Shown here one piece after another: positions 34,529 through 46,511 of a DNA stretch of 64,000 bases. Both the position numbers and the translations under genes were made by a program. The DNA is from Oikopleura dioica. Lineage: Eukaryota; Animalia; Chordata. The notes beneath the pieces were generated by a model, which made no database searches, was not told the DNA's origin, and was given only the letters and a program-made list of their open reading frames with translations. How positions within the stretch are numbered: the first letter of the stretch is position 1; every line of letters begins with the position of its first letter. Location: positions 3,286,001-3,350,000 of the forward strand of contig OU015567.1 in assembly GCA_907165135.1 (NCBI GenBank), given 5' to 3'.

Positions 34529-35099
34529 ATTCGTATTATTTCTATTGATTTTTACGTTTTGAATAAATTTTTCGAAAATAATGGTTTCTTTCGATGATAA
34601 GTTCATTATTGTCGATAATTTATAGAATTTGAAATTGAAAATGCCTTACTGCTCTCATGCAGAGGTCATCGAAAATAAGAGAGTTCATTTTAGATTTGGG
34701 GAAACTGTAAATTTCAGTTTAAATTCCAAACATCACTTTTACCAGACTTGTCTGGTTTGCCTACTCAAATAAAATTTATCTTCAAGGTTAGAGTCAACGT
34801 CTCCTTGACCTCCTATTATGTAACAGTACAACTGTTACTTACTTTAGTCATTTAGAGTTGAATTGCCAAGAAATTTAAACGAAGCGATAAAAGAAGGTTC
34901 ATGAATCGTCATCATGTTCAAGGCTTTAGTTCTATTCTGATAGGGTTATTCTTATCCGGTCACAAGGGTTCGTTTGCTTTTCAGCAGACATTTGCAAACG
35001 TCTGGAAAATATTTGCCTGAACAAGTGCACTTCGGTAACCTTCGCGAGTTCAGGTGTAGTAACACCTCGACCGGCTTCTCTCTACTGCCAAATGCTCCA

Positions 35100-35107
35100 T
35101 ATAAAAA
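35100..35107 (+). promoter_or_regulatory. TATA box of EF-hand gene copy 2
   Basis: TATAAAAA at the position homologous to copy 1. Confidence 0.6.
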
Positions 35108-35185
35108 TGACGGTTTTCAACTCGAAATCATCGATCTCGACAAATCGAATCAAAACAAAAAAAAACTTTTTTTACAAAACCAAAA

Positions 35186-36013
35186 ATGAAGTTCTCCACC
35201 ACCGCCGCTCTCATCGCCGCCACAAACGCTTCCGGAGCCGACATTTCTGGACATCTCGTCGCTGCTGACACTCATTTCTGGACCAACGCTGCCTCCATCA
35301 CCGACAGCGCTGATAGCATCCTCAACTCCGTAAGTCAGAAAGCTCTCTTTCTTGATATTAACGCCTCTGTAGTGGAACGGAAAGTATGACAAAGCCATGG
35401 ACGATGCTTTCCACATGTGCACCAGCAACGACTATGTCACCGCTGACGACATCTGGGAGTGCGGCAAGAAGGTCACTGCTGCTACTTTCGACAAGAACCC
35501 CTGTAAGTACAGTCATTTCAGATAATGCAGAATTCTTTTTCGTCCATTCTGACCTCTTTCTTTTAGCTTTCAACTTGATGGGCCGATACGGAGCCAGCCA
35601 GTTCAACAAGTTGGACAAGAACCACGATGGAAAACTCTGCTTCTCCGAGTTCAAGCGAGGCTTCGCTGGATTTTTCTCCACCATTGGCTCCACCCTTGTC
35701 GATATCTTCGATGCCGATGGCAACGGTGAGTTATTCTTATTTCTTCGCGATTCTAAAGTCTTCCGTAGGACGATTGGAGGGACAGGAAAACCACGACATG
35801 CACTTTGGCTTGAACCAGATCTGGGACGAGTTCTCTTCTGACAAGAACCGAGACCTCATCAACCCCATCCTTGATGTAAGTTCCTTCATTCTGATATCAA
35901 TACTGACGATCTTCTAGACCTGGGTTGGCTCCGATTTGGACAAGAACGTCGACACTCTCTCCAAAGCCGAGATGACCGAACAGGCTATCCTCCACTCTGT
36001 CCCATACTGGTAA
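35186..36013 (+). CDS. Secreted EF-hand Ca2+-binding protein, copy 2
   Basis: Same five-exon structure; manual translation is identical to copy 1. Confidence 0.9.
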
Positions 36014-36166
36014 TCGAGAAAAAACTCTTACCACTCTATTCCTCAAATCATTCTCCATGCTTCTCTGTGCTAAAGTCTCGCTAATCGTTTAATAAACTCA
36101 AAACAAAACTTTTCCTTGTTCTTTCCAGCATGAAAGTAAAAAATATATTTTCATCATAAAAAGTAC

Positions 36167-37381
36167 TCAGTTTCCAATAAATACAGAATGATCCATAAAT
36201 GCAGCACCAGAGGCAAAATCAAGAACAAGATCATAAATCTGATTGTGATATTGCATAGTCGGTGTTCCAAGAGAGAACTTAGCCAATAAGTCTATTTCGC
36301 CCGCACCATTGCTCGGAATCAGCTTGAAGTCCCTCAGTTTTATTCGATTACTTCGGGTGTCCAAAATAATTTGATCCTTTACAAGGGTTCTCAATCAATT
36401 TTTCAATAAGTTACGATACAGCAATAAATTTACAAGCATATGATAAATGAGTAATCCTTGACTTGGTCGTATCAACTGTTGCAAAGTTGAATTTATAAAC
36501 TTTATCCATATCCGGAACATTCATTTCATTTATCTGTAAAATCTCGTTAGTAATTTTTTTCTCGACAAAACTTGCTTTTCTATATTCACAAATATCATCT
36601 CCACAGTTGAAGCCATGATAAAGCATCACTCCTCTCCCAGTCGTCGAGGCATCATTCTTTTTTGTTGTCAAAATAAGCTGTGCTCCACTTCCTGCGTCGC
36701 CGTTATGATTCCCCCCCCGGTGCTCTTGCCATGAAGAAATGAGTTTTTGGAACTCATTGTCCGAGCTTTAATATCAAAAGTAGCGTCCCAAATGCACTTC
36801 GCTCCTCGAGGAAACCAATCAGTAACGCATGGCTGGGAACGGCCGTTGTACTTGAAAACGAGAAACTACGAATGAATTATCAACCCCTCTTTTTCATGAA
36901 TTTCACCTTATCTTGCGCATTAGTAAAGCCACTTTTGGAATTGTAAAGTTCATAAATCTCAGTTTGATTTTTCATTCCAGTATGAACCTTTAGTCGGATT
37001 GCCTTGAAAATAGCCTCATCAGCATTTCTGTAATGCATGAAAAGAAGATCGTTGTCTGGATCAACGACTGTTTTCATTCGATGGTGAAATCCGCGGTTGA
37101 CGGTTTTTCCAATGTCTGTTGGGTACGAAACGGAGCCTTCATAGCTTTTCTAGAGCTTGAAAAGCATGTTTTTTTAATATTTATAAAGACATTATTTTAA
37201 ATCTCTTCCTGTAGTCGCAGATTTTCCCCTTCTTCGCGTTACTATTACAATTCTTTCCGAGGTAAATCTTCAATTCTCCAGCAAAACCAGCAATGCTTAG
37301 ATTCGCCAGCTGGAATTCTAGAGTCGCATTATTCTCTGAAAAAGCATTTATAAGATGAAAAAGAAGAAGAAAAATCCGCAT
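36167..37381 (-). CDS. Secreted protein with two internal repeats, unknown function
   Basis: Signal MRIFLLLFHLINA. GELKIYLGKNC..ICDYRK..PTDIGK..KTVVD is repeated as GRGVMLYHGFNC..ICEYRK..VPDMDK..FATVD. Confidence 0.6.
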
Positions 37382-37921
37382 GTTATGACGACGAATTTGC
37401 CGGCGTCAAAATTTTGTGAAGCTGGATTATCGATAAATAAATATGAACAGCTATCGACGGGAAATGCGTAGGAATGATTGTTTGCGGCTTTGAGAGTAAA
37501 ACCAAAGACTGTCATCATAATTGTCCGGCGCTATATTTTTGATCCTGAGACCAATTTTTATGAAGAAGCCCTTCTTTTTACGATTTTACTTAAATTATGA
37601 GGGCTTAGTCTTTGTTCAGCTGACAGAGACAAGTAACAGCATGAGTCATGCTGCATGACTGTAAGACCGCAAAAGGAGGTATTTCTTCCGAAATGCACAC
37701 CATCAACACTCAAAGTCGCATCATCGCATGCGATCATGACTTGCGAGCTGGACATAAATGGATAAGAAGGCCTTATGATAAATTAAAGCAGCATTTGCGA
37801 TAAAAAAGGAGATATGGACAGTGAGCATTCTGCTGAATTAAAAAATAATTTATGGATGTGCATTCATATTTTAAAGACGAGAAGTGACACCTACTATTGA
37901 ACAATAAAGAATCGTTAAAAA

Positions 37922-38162
37922 ATGAAGTTTTTCATTTTCTGCTTATTTTTTGGACTTGGATTTGGGTTGCGCTATGTCAAGCCGAACATGATGCTTGATA
38001 TTTGGAAGAAAGTGAAGATTTCGGTGGATTGCAAACAAAGTATTTTTTTCAAGAGAAAGGTCTTTAATTTTTTTTTGAGATATGGCAAGGGCTCTGGCAA
38101 ACCCTCCAACTCCAATTGAACGAGCGAAAATTCGAAAAGAATGCGAAAATAAGATGCTTTGA
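37922..38162 (+). CDS. Small secreted cationic peptide (about 66 aa)
   Basis: Signal MKFFIFCLFFGLGFG. One short GT-AG intron gives LRYVKPNMMLDIWKKVKISVDCKQNMARALANPPTPIERAKIRKECENKML-stop. Confidence 0.5.
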
Positions 38163-39333
38163 TTTTGACTCTTCTTGACAAACAAGGTGAATAAATTTAA
38201 CTCTCGCAGATGGTCAAAGCGGCGCTACATAAATGCAGCATAGAATCGGTTGCGGAAATTGGTCCGGTTACTGTCGAGAATTTCTTTGCTTTCTTCTTTG
38301 AATGAGTGTGTGTGATGAGGGCTACTGATGATCCTTTATGGTTGTTTATAAATATAGATCTCGAATCATTATGTTTTAACAGTTCCTTAAACGCTTCGGT
38401 TCGACGTTTTCATTTTGAAAATTTCTAAAGAATTCTGAAAAGCAGGATACGATTGTGATATGAAAAATAGAAAATACTACCATTTTTCGCTATAATTTTT
38501 GAAAAAAAGCTCCTACTGTATTTTTAGTCGTCAGCTGGTGAAATAAATGCATGAATAACATGCTTTGAAACATCATCGCTGGCGTTTCCAAAATAAACTT
38601 GTTCTTAAGTTTAGAATCTAAACAATCTCAATTTCAAGTTTTTTTCTTTGTCCTCCAGTCTCTCAAATTTTCCCGGGTCTTCAACCAAGTTTTATAATTA
38701 TCAGAGCTGATCTTTCTACAAACAAAGGCGTTACTCCCAGTATACGTGTTCTATCGTGCTACGTAGTACGTACCACTTTCTTGCGTGGCGCTCTCTTATC
38801 GACGGATAAAGTTACATGATAGGGACTTCAGTAGTAGTTTTTAGTCCCGCTTTAAATAGTAAAAAAATAGTTACATACATTAGTGTTACCGTTGATCACA
38901 GATCCTTTTTTATATTGAAATTTCTAATAAAAATATTTTTTTGAATTATTCGGAAATATATTTTTTAACCGAATAAATTGTTTGCACCACATTCTGGTAT
39001 TTAATGAGCAACTTATTTGATGAATAATTTATTCAGAATAAACCTTATAAGGAATTTGAGGTTATTGCTACGTTTTTGCGGCATTAAAAGTACACAAGAA
39101 CATAAGGACTCGTTGTAAAGTTCAGGTATGCGGAGGTGCTTGAGTCCCACCCAATTCTGAACAAGGACGGCTCTAGAAAATGCACACACGTGCGCCTCAC
39201 CGCTCTCACAGCATCGAACCTTTGACACAGCGATGGTGCCACCTTCTGATTGAAAAAAGTATAAATGAAAATTGCAAATCAACATGCATTTAAACATCCA
39301 AAATTGGGATAAAAACGCATAAGAGAAATAAAA

Positions 39334-41102
39334 ATGAAGCTCTTAGCAGCTCTTATGTCGACGGTATTGGCGGCCAGAGAACCTGAGTAAGTAAATTATT
39401 TATGAGAGTTAGTAAAACTCGAAACTGAAGGATTATTTAATGTTTATAATTTTTTTTAAAAATGAAAAATGCTCATGAATTTTAATTAAAGCGCAGTAAA
39501 ACGCCTCGAAAAAATCACCGCACGAGCGAGCGAACTCAGCAGTTTCGTTCAATCGTTTGATAGAGCAAGACAAAAGCAAAAGGACAATGTCGACAAATGG
39601 GTCTCGAAACTCCTCGTCGATCTTACCAAAATCAACACTTCCGCCTGCCCCTATCCCGAAGAAGAGGGCAAATTCAGTGACGAGATCGACACGATCGAAG
39701 ATCTCTGTGATGGTGCGGGAAAAGTACCATCAATGATGCGAAGCTACGCTCGCCAATTTGGGTGCATTGAGGGATTTCCAAAAGGACAATTTCTTAAAAA
39801 GCTGATCAAACACTCTCACAAGCTCAAAGATATTGCGAGAAGAGCTGGCCGATGCGGCGAAATCTCCGAGGTTGTCACCTCAACAATCAACACTTCAAAA
39901 ACTCCGACATCCACGTCAACATCAACTTATTCCACAACATCCACAACGACAACTCCCGTAACAACAACTGATAAAACAACCAAGCCGACAACGACCACAA
40001 CTACAACTACGACTACGACAACCACGGCAACGACAACGACAAATACATCAACCACAACCACCACAACAACCAAAGCTTTCTCTTGTCCAAATGATTTCTG
40101 GAATCGTGTTTACGATTCGGAGAATGATTTCTGGTTTTGCACTCCGAAAGCTGGCCTTGCAAGTGTCGATTGCGACTCAACATCGATGACGGTCATCCTT
40201 AGCACTGACCTTTTCAATGACAATGGCGAATATGAAGCTAATTTTATTGACGAGACCTCGATGGAGTGTCGTTCAGTTGGCTCTATTGATGAAGACTCTC
40301 TTACTTTCACGACTGCTCTTGACGGATGTGGAACGGTTAATTCTGTCAATGGCACGAATCTCAATTTCACTCAAGTCCTCCAAATCAAAAATTACCCGAG
40401 CATCACGTTCACATGCTCGTATCCTTCCTTAGTTAATTCCGTCTTTGGCGGCGAATCTGACTCGATAGCTGAAGCAAGTAATGCTGAATTAAATTCTTCC
40501 ATTTTTGATGGGCAAACTGGATTCGGCGAGTTTAGTTTCGATATCATCTTTTTCATCGATGAGTTTTATACCGATGTTGCTCGTGATGCCTCTTTCGAAA
40601 GCGGGGAAATCGTGTACTTTGGTATAAATGTAAGATCTGAAGATAACTCGAGAATTTGACTTTTTCTAGCCAACTGGATCAGACACACAGTCTTCTCTTC
40701 CTGCCACGATGACCTTCTCAGTGACTGATTGTCGAATCATTCACGATGCGCTCAGCATCGAATTCCCAATCCTTTCAGATGGTTGTGCACAACATCTTGT
40801 TGGATTTGATTTTGAGGATAATTCAACATGGCCAATCGATGCTTCTCTACGTCCACTTCACAATGCGGACTCAGTTTACTTTCAATACATGAGTTTTGAA
40901 TTTATAGCAGTTCCCGAGAACATCGATTTTAACGGTGACTTCAAACTCAGCTGCGATGTAAGTAGGATTGTTTTGATTTTCACTACCAAATTTTTAGATT
41001 AGACTTTGCGATCGGAATGATGCTTCTAGCGTATGCGTTACCGCACCAAACTGCGCTCGTCGACGACGATCATCCTTTGTTAATCTTATAACTGTCGAAT
41101 AA
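39334..41102 (+). CDS. Secreted ZP-domain protein with a helical N-terminal domain and a Thr-rich mucin-like linker
   Basis: Signal MKLLAALMSTVLA; poly-Thr; CDSTSMTV, CGT, FTCSYP, GEIVYFG, DCRI..ILSDGC, FQYMSFEF, LSCD; ends CARRRRSSFVNLITVE-stop. Confidence 0.85.
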
Positions 41103-43005
41103 TTTCTTGATTCATCAAAATAAAAAATTGAACTGTAGAATCACTTGAGTATCGTTGATTATTTGCCAAAAATGGGATTTTTAATCATCTTGGAAAAAAC
41201 ACTTTTTCGAGGAGCTGAAATCAAGGAAGAGACCTTCGCAGAAATCTGCAAATTCAAAAGAAAATAGAGAAAAACCCAATTACTTCTTTTAGCCTCACAC
41301 TGAGCCGTTATTAAACTTGAGTATGCTTCCCTCTCTGACTTCCTAATTAACTTTGACCCGGAGCGGCGTCAGGAAGCTGCGATGGTTTCTGACTGATCAT
41401 TTTTCCTTGTAGCTTATTCCTTTGTTAAAAAAACGGCGCCCTCTGGGACTGCTTAATTTGGATAAGTTTTATTGTCTGCTTATTCTGGATTATCTCAGCG
41501 ATCCAGAAGAGTAAATAAAGATAGAGAGGGGATGAAGTTCAACCAAAGAAAAGGGAAATTCTTATATGAAGGGGCCTTTTATTCAGAAAATAACAAAATT
41601 TGCAGGAGCAATTAAACGTCAGTCTGATAAGCTCCTTACGAGCACGGAGCGTGTCTACTTCAAAAATGTGATTATTCAACTAATCATCTCACATCCCTTT
41701 GATTCTCAGTTGATTTTGATTCTGACCTCATTTCCGAAACAAAACTTTTGTTATCCAAAAGAGAATTCTTACTGTTTTATTTATCGAAAGAGATTTTGGC
41801 AAGAAAACCAAGAAAAAGCAGCTGGCTGATTGAGCTCCCCGAAGAAAACAGGGAAAACTAATTCTTGAGTCAATTTGACTTACAATTTTCGAAAGCTTTA
41901 ATCACTTGGTCAATAAGCAAATAACATTAACTGTAATTGGGTGACTTTTCGTAAATCCGCTGCGGTTATTTGCTCAAGATGGGAACTTGCCATCTTCAAA
42001 TTTTTTGAGCCGTCTGATTTCCGACTGATATAACTTTTAAGGGTATACCTTTGACTATCGTGGATTCGTTTTTCGTGAAAACAAATTTTAATTTACAATT
42101 GAGGGTACCCTAAAATATATATATTTTCAAGCCAAGTTTTGGCGTCAAAATTTTTTTAAATGATAGAAACAGATTCTGAAAAGAAGTGAAACCCTTATTC
42201 TGTATTTTTCGGCTTGAGTTATACCGTTATCCTTTACTTAATTCTACTTCTATTAGAATTACTCCACTACCTCTATCTTTCTTCATGACAGAAAACAACT
42301 GGTTCCTCACCTTCTCCAAATTTGCTTACACTGGCACAAATAAGAGTGTACCTCCAAATGTTAACATCACACGAGGGCGACGTCAGAATATTTGAAATTT
42401 TATTTTCTCGCTCTGTAAATAAGCCGCTACCCGCTTGCGGAATTCAATGGGAGATTCAAATGCATACAAAATGATGATTTTGCGACTTTTTCAAAGAGAT
42501 TTTGCGAAGAATGCAGAGACATGGTTTCGAAAAATTTGCATGAATAGTTTGATGAATGTCAAAATTTTATTTGACACTGTAACTTGCTCACTTTATTTAA
42601 TCAATGTTGTCGATAATATTTCAAAATTTGAAGTTGCTCAATAGAAAATTTTGAATATTACTTTTTAAGATTCGTCGTTGCAAAATGAGATTATTCCCGA
42701 CTTTTTATTCTCATCATAAAATTAACAACAGGTAAGAAGATGTCGATAAAATATGAAAACTTACTTTATCATTTTTGGCATTTTATTTGTCAAAAAAAAT
42801 AATAATCTACTTTTTCTCATAAAAAAATATCTTTTTTCGAAAAAAGGGAAGGCGATACTGGATCATAAGTAATATTTGGCTATCTGGTCATAAAATCAAC
42901 TCGCCAAATTCAAGTTTATTTTCCTTGTCAGCCTTCTGACAACTAAATTGACAAATCTATCACCTCAATCCCATTTCCTCTACATCTGCTCCCCTACTGT
43001 AGCTC

Positions 43006-43750
43006 TTGTTAACTCCGTTTCAACCCTTTTTAGCTGAATCGATCGTCAGAAGAGTCGATCCACCAACGACGGAAGAAATGATTGCAGCAGAAATCAGCTC
43101 TAGAATTGAGTCGTATCAGGCGATGGCAAAGAAAGTCAGCAATCTAGAACGACTGCTGGAAAAAGAGGTCGAGAAAATGAAGTTTTGGAGCAGAGACTTA
43201 ACAATTTCATCCTCGAAGAACATGTAAGTCTCATGAAAAAAATTTCCTCTTAGAAAAATCTGCCTTTTAGCAGCATGAAAGGAAACAGCAGAAAACAATG
43301 AAAAAATACATTCGTCGACTGGTTGAAAATCGCCAATCCACGCGCCAGGTAAATTTGTCCATTTCAAGATTTTCAAGCAAAAATGATCGCTCATCAAAAA
43401 AATTCCCATTCTCATCTGAAATTGGCATTTGTCTGACAGGTGCCAAAAAATCGCCCCTGACAGATTGAATCAGTCACTCGAGAAAAACTCAAGTGGCTTG
43501 AAATGTTGAGGGCCGGAAATGTCTCCTCTTTTATGACTGTTTGCCAACGGAGATATCGCGATGGGGAGATTTTGGTTCAACTTGACAATTGGAAGCAATT
43601 TTGGAGCAGTTAAAAAATATTAATCTTCAGATCAAGCAGCAGAACAAGTTCATCTCCCGAGAAGTCCGAAAAAATAGCAAGTTCAGAATGAACCGACAAC
43701 AGAAAAAGAGCTCGCCTCAAGCCTCCGACTCTGGAGAAAACACCCCCTAA
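43006..43750 (+). CDS. Hypothetical coiled-coil protein (5' end uncertain)
   Basis: EMIAAEISSRIESYQAMAKKVSNLERLLEKEVEKMK with a GTAAGT donor and further short exons. Confidence 0.35.
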
Positions 43751-44069
43751 AAGCAACCCCTTCTTTTTTCAAAAAGAAATGAACTGTTGTCTACACTGTA
43801 TCTCTCTAAATTTTTCTTCATGATAAATGAGAAATGCCTTCACATCTTTTTCTTTGAAAATCTCAACCTTTTTCTTTCTCTTCCTGATGTTATAATAATA
43901 AAGATACCCCCTGTATAATAATTTCCCTGTATAGAAATCTGTAAAGCGAAGAAAAAACTCTTCTATGTCTTCAAAAAAATCAAATGCTTTCAACCAAAAA
44001 TTGTAGGGAAAACAACTTTATTGAACTTCTATTATATACAGTAAGAATTTTTCCGAACGAAAATTTACA

Positions 44070-44720
44070 ATTATGAAGAGGTAGACATGATAGTTTTTTT
44101 TTCGTGTTGGCTTCGGCGGCGGTGGTCATCGACCAATTTGCAGGTCGCTAATCCTTCCTTTGTTATTTCTGGAAGTCGTTAAGATTTTTTTTTTGGATTT
44201 TTTTTTGGTTTTAAAGTTTTTGGACGGAGCAGCTGACTTCGAGGGAACTGAGCTCGTTGATCACATGAGCGAGTTGGATTTGAGCGCGCTCCTTGACCAT
44301 GTCGATGTTCAAGCGACCCTTGTGAGAGGCAGCGGCTTTGTCTGAGGAGGAGATTTCATAGTTGGTTCCTTCTTGGTTCATCTGAAATTCAAATCGTTCT
44401 CTAGACCAGAGTTATCTTCTAATTACCATTTCTTGAACGGATCGCATAAGAAGCTCGACAGTCTGGGAGGCAAGATGATATTCTTCGAGAAATCCGGCGA
44501 TCGTTTTCAAGTCTCCCTCTACTTTCAGCAACTTGAGCCACAGCTTTTTGCAAAATGAACCGACTGAAAATAATAACGATTAATAAAATGCAAAAACTAA
44601 AAAAGCGCCAATCAAATGAATCCTCTGGTCATCTGGTCAATCTTCAGCTCCACATCACGTGACGACTGATAGTCGAAGTTCGATGGTAGAATGTAGCGAG
44701 AATTGCTATAAAGAGATAAC
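44070..44720 (-). CDS. Hypothetical multi-exon protein
   Basis: Codon-like exons (FCKKLWLKLLKVEGDLKTIAGFLEEYHLASQTVELLMRSVQEM; MNQEGTNYEISSSDK...). Boundaries are not resolved. Confidence 0.3.
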
Positions 44721-45113
44721 AGATTAAGACCCGAAACACGCGCCGCCGGGCAGGTCGGTGGCTCCCGTTGAGTCCAAAGACCTACTGCGGGTGTTTTTAA
44801 TAAGATTCAAGAGCCATTTCAGTCATCAAAAAGGACTTCAAAGCCTTACAAAAAATAAAGAATTTTATTTGTTATAATTAACTTTAAAATGTTAAGAAAA
44901 CAAAGTTTCTCTGATAGACTGTCTGATAGACATCATGACTTTTTACGTCTGATTGAGAAAAAAAACGATGATCTCTTTTTGATGATAGAAATGACTAAAG
45001 AATCTTATAAGCGGGCTAACAAAAAATCGGATATTCAATGTGGTTAAAAATTGTTCAGTTGTTTTTTTTTGTTTTTTTTTCTGTGTGTCGATATCTACCA
45101 GGTTGCTCCAAGT

Positions 45114-45880
45114 TCACGAGTTTAACGTGATTTCGGCTACGTCGGTACAGGCTTGACTCATCAACATCCATCTATAATGAAGAATGAGCGATTTTTTATC
45201 ATTGAGGCGCTTTAGTCATTGTCGATTTATATAGAAGGTTGGACTCGAGAAACATATGGAACTCCATATGTACATTTCTGGAGATCTTTAACCAACCAAT
45301 AGAAATTGAGTCATTCTAGCAGTTTTGAAAGTATATCGATACATTTTAAAACTGGCAAAATCGACTGGTTGCCCTTTGCGTCTAATTTTTCAGAGTGTTG
45401 ATGCAGTAGAGGTACTGTATGACCAGATACAGTACTTGTACTACAGTCGGGATGTCCATCATTTTCGGACGTATCTTTACAATTCTCTGAGGAAGAGGAT
45501 TGCCAGATTGAAAAAAGTGTTATGCCGCGTAAGACACGTATAAGACTTTTTTGCTCAATGGGTTAAAAGGTGCCAGATTGTTGGTCAACCGAGGGATTGA
45601 ACAACGATCAATAAGGCGGAAAAATTAGCGCAGGCAAGGTTCTTTTCTAACCCCGTGTACTTATTGGGGTTAAACTTACGAATAGTTCTCCAGCCACGCG
45701 GGCTAATTTGGTGATTTTTTGCATGTTAGCGCTGCAGATCGGGCTGTTGACGGCGCGTTCCGTGCGGCTGTGGGTTAAGGGGCTCTCTGCGGCAAACAGC
45801 TGGTGTATGGCAGCTCGTTGGACGGAGATACCGGCCGCGGATTGGACGAGAAATGCGGTGAAAAGGGCGGTAATCTTCAT
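45114..45880 (-). CDS. Hypothetical secreted helical protein with an RxxR pro-site
   Basis: Signal MKITALFTAFLVQSAAG; RTER-AVNSPICSANMQKITKLARVAGELF followed by a GTAAGT donor. Downstream exons are only tentatively assigned. Confidence 0.4.
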
Positions 45881-46511
45881 TTTTTATCTCTTTTGGAAGT
45901 ATTTTTTTCTTCAGTATAAATAAGGGTTGTATAAAAATGAATCGAACGTGTTTAGTTTTAGAAAAAGAAGTTCTTTTTCGGCGTTTTGTCGATAGTTTTC
46001 TTTATGAAGACGATCACGTTTCCGAGTAGGTTATAAATGCTCGAGCATCTTGGGATGGCGTAGCCGAGCTTACTTGGTGGAGCAAAGCGCCATCGTGGTG
46101 CTCCACCGCCAAGGAGCTTTATCAGCGCAGCGCCCTGCTGAGTTGAACGTTTTTGATCCCCAGCCGAGCGAATTCCTTTACTTTACTATGTGGATCGAGG
46201 TTCTCTCGCTTATTACTCCCCTGTCCCAAAAATGAAAGCTAATCAAATGCGTCTATGATCAATAAGCTAAGCCCTGTAAAATCTCATTATCTCAGCGAAC
46301 TCGAAGCAACTAGCATACAAGTCCCGCAAAGGTTCTACTAAGTTGGCTTCAGCGAACTTAAAAATGGTTTAATGATAGTCGTAAATTCAGAGGGTCAGAT
46401 GGCGAGAACCTTTCACGCTTTCAGCAGATAATTATTTTTACGAAAAAAGAGAGAAACGCAATTTTATTCGGAAGACTCAGAAAGTTGATAGTTTTCTGAA
46501 TTATAGAGGAA

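Larger units (their letters stand above)
31160..36250 (+). repeat. Tandem segmental duplication, unit B (expanded by transposon insertions)
   Basis: See unit A. The junction near 31150-31170 joins the 3' exon of the 36167-37381 gene to a discoidin exon fragment. Confidence 0.8.

Noticed and set aside
26935-36250. Duplication as a haplotype mis-assembly
   Set aside because: Intron divergence is very high, the losses are reciprocal, and the junction is a mid-gene chimera, all favouring a real old duplication. It is not fully excluded without read depth.
43769-43993. 74-aa Phe/Tyr/Lys-rich minus-strand ORF
   Set aside because: It is AT-rich and low-complexity, with no splice context or motif, so it is likely spurious.
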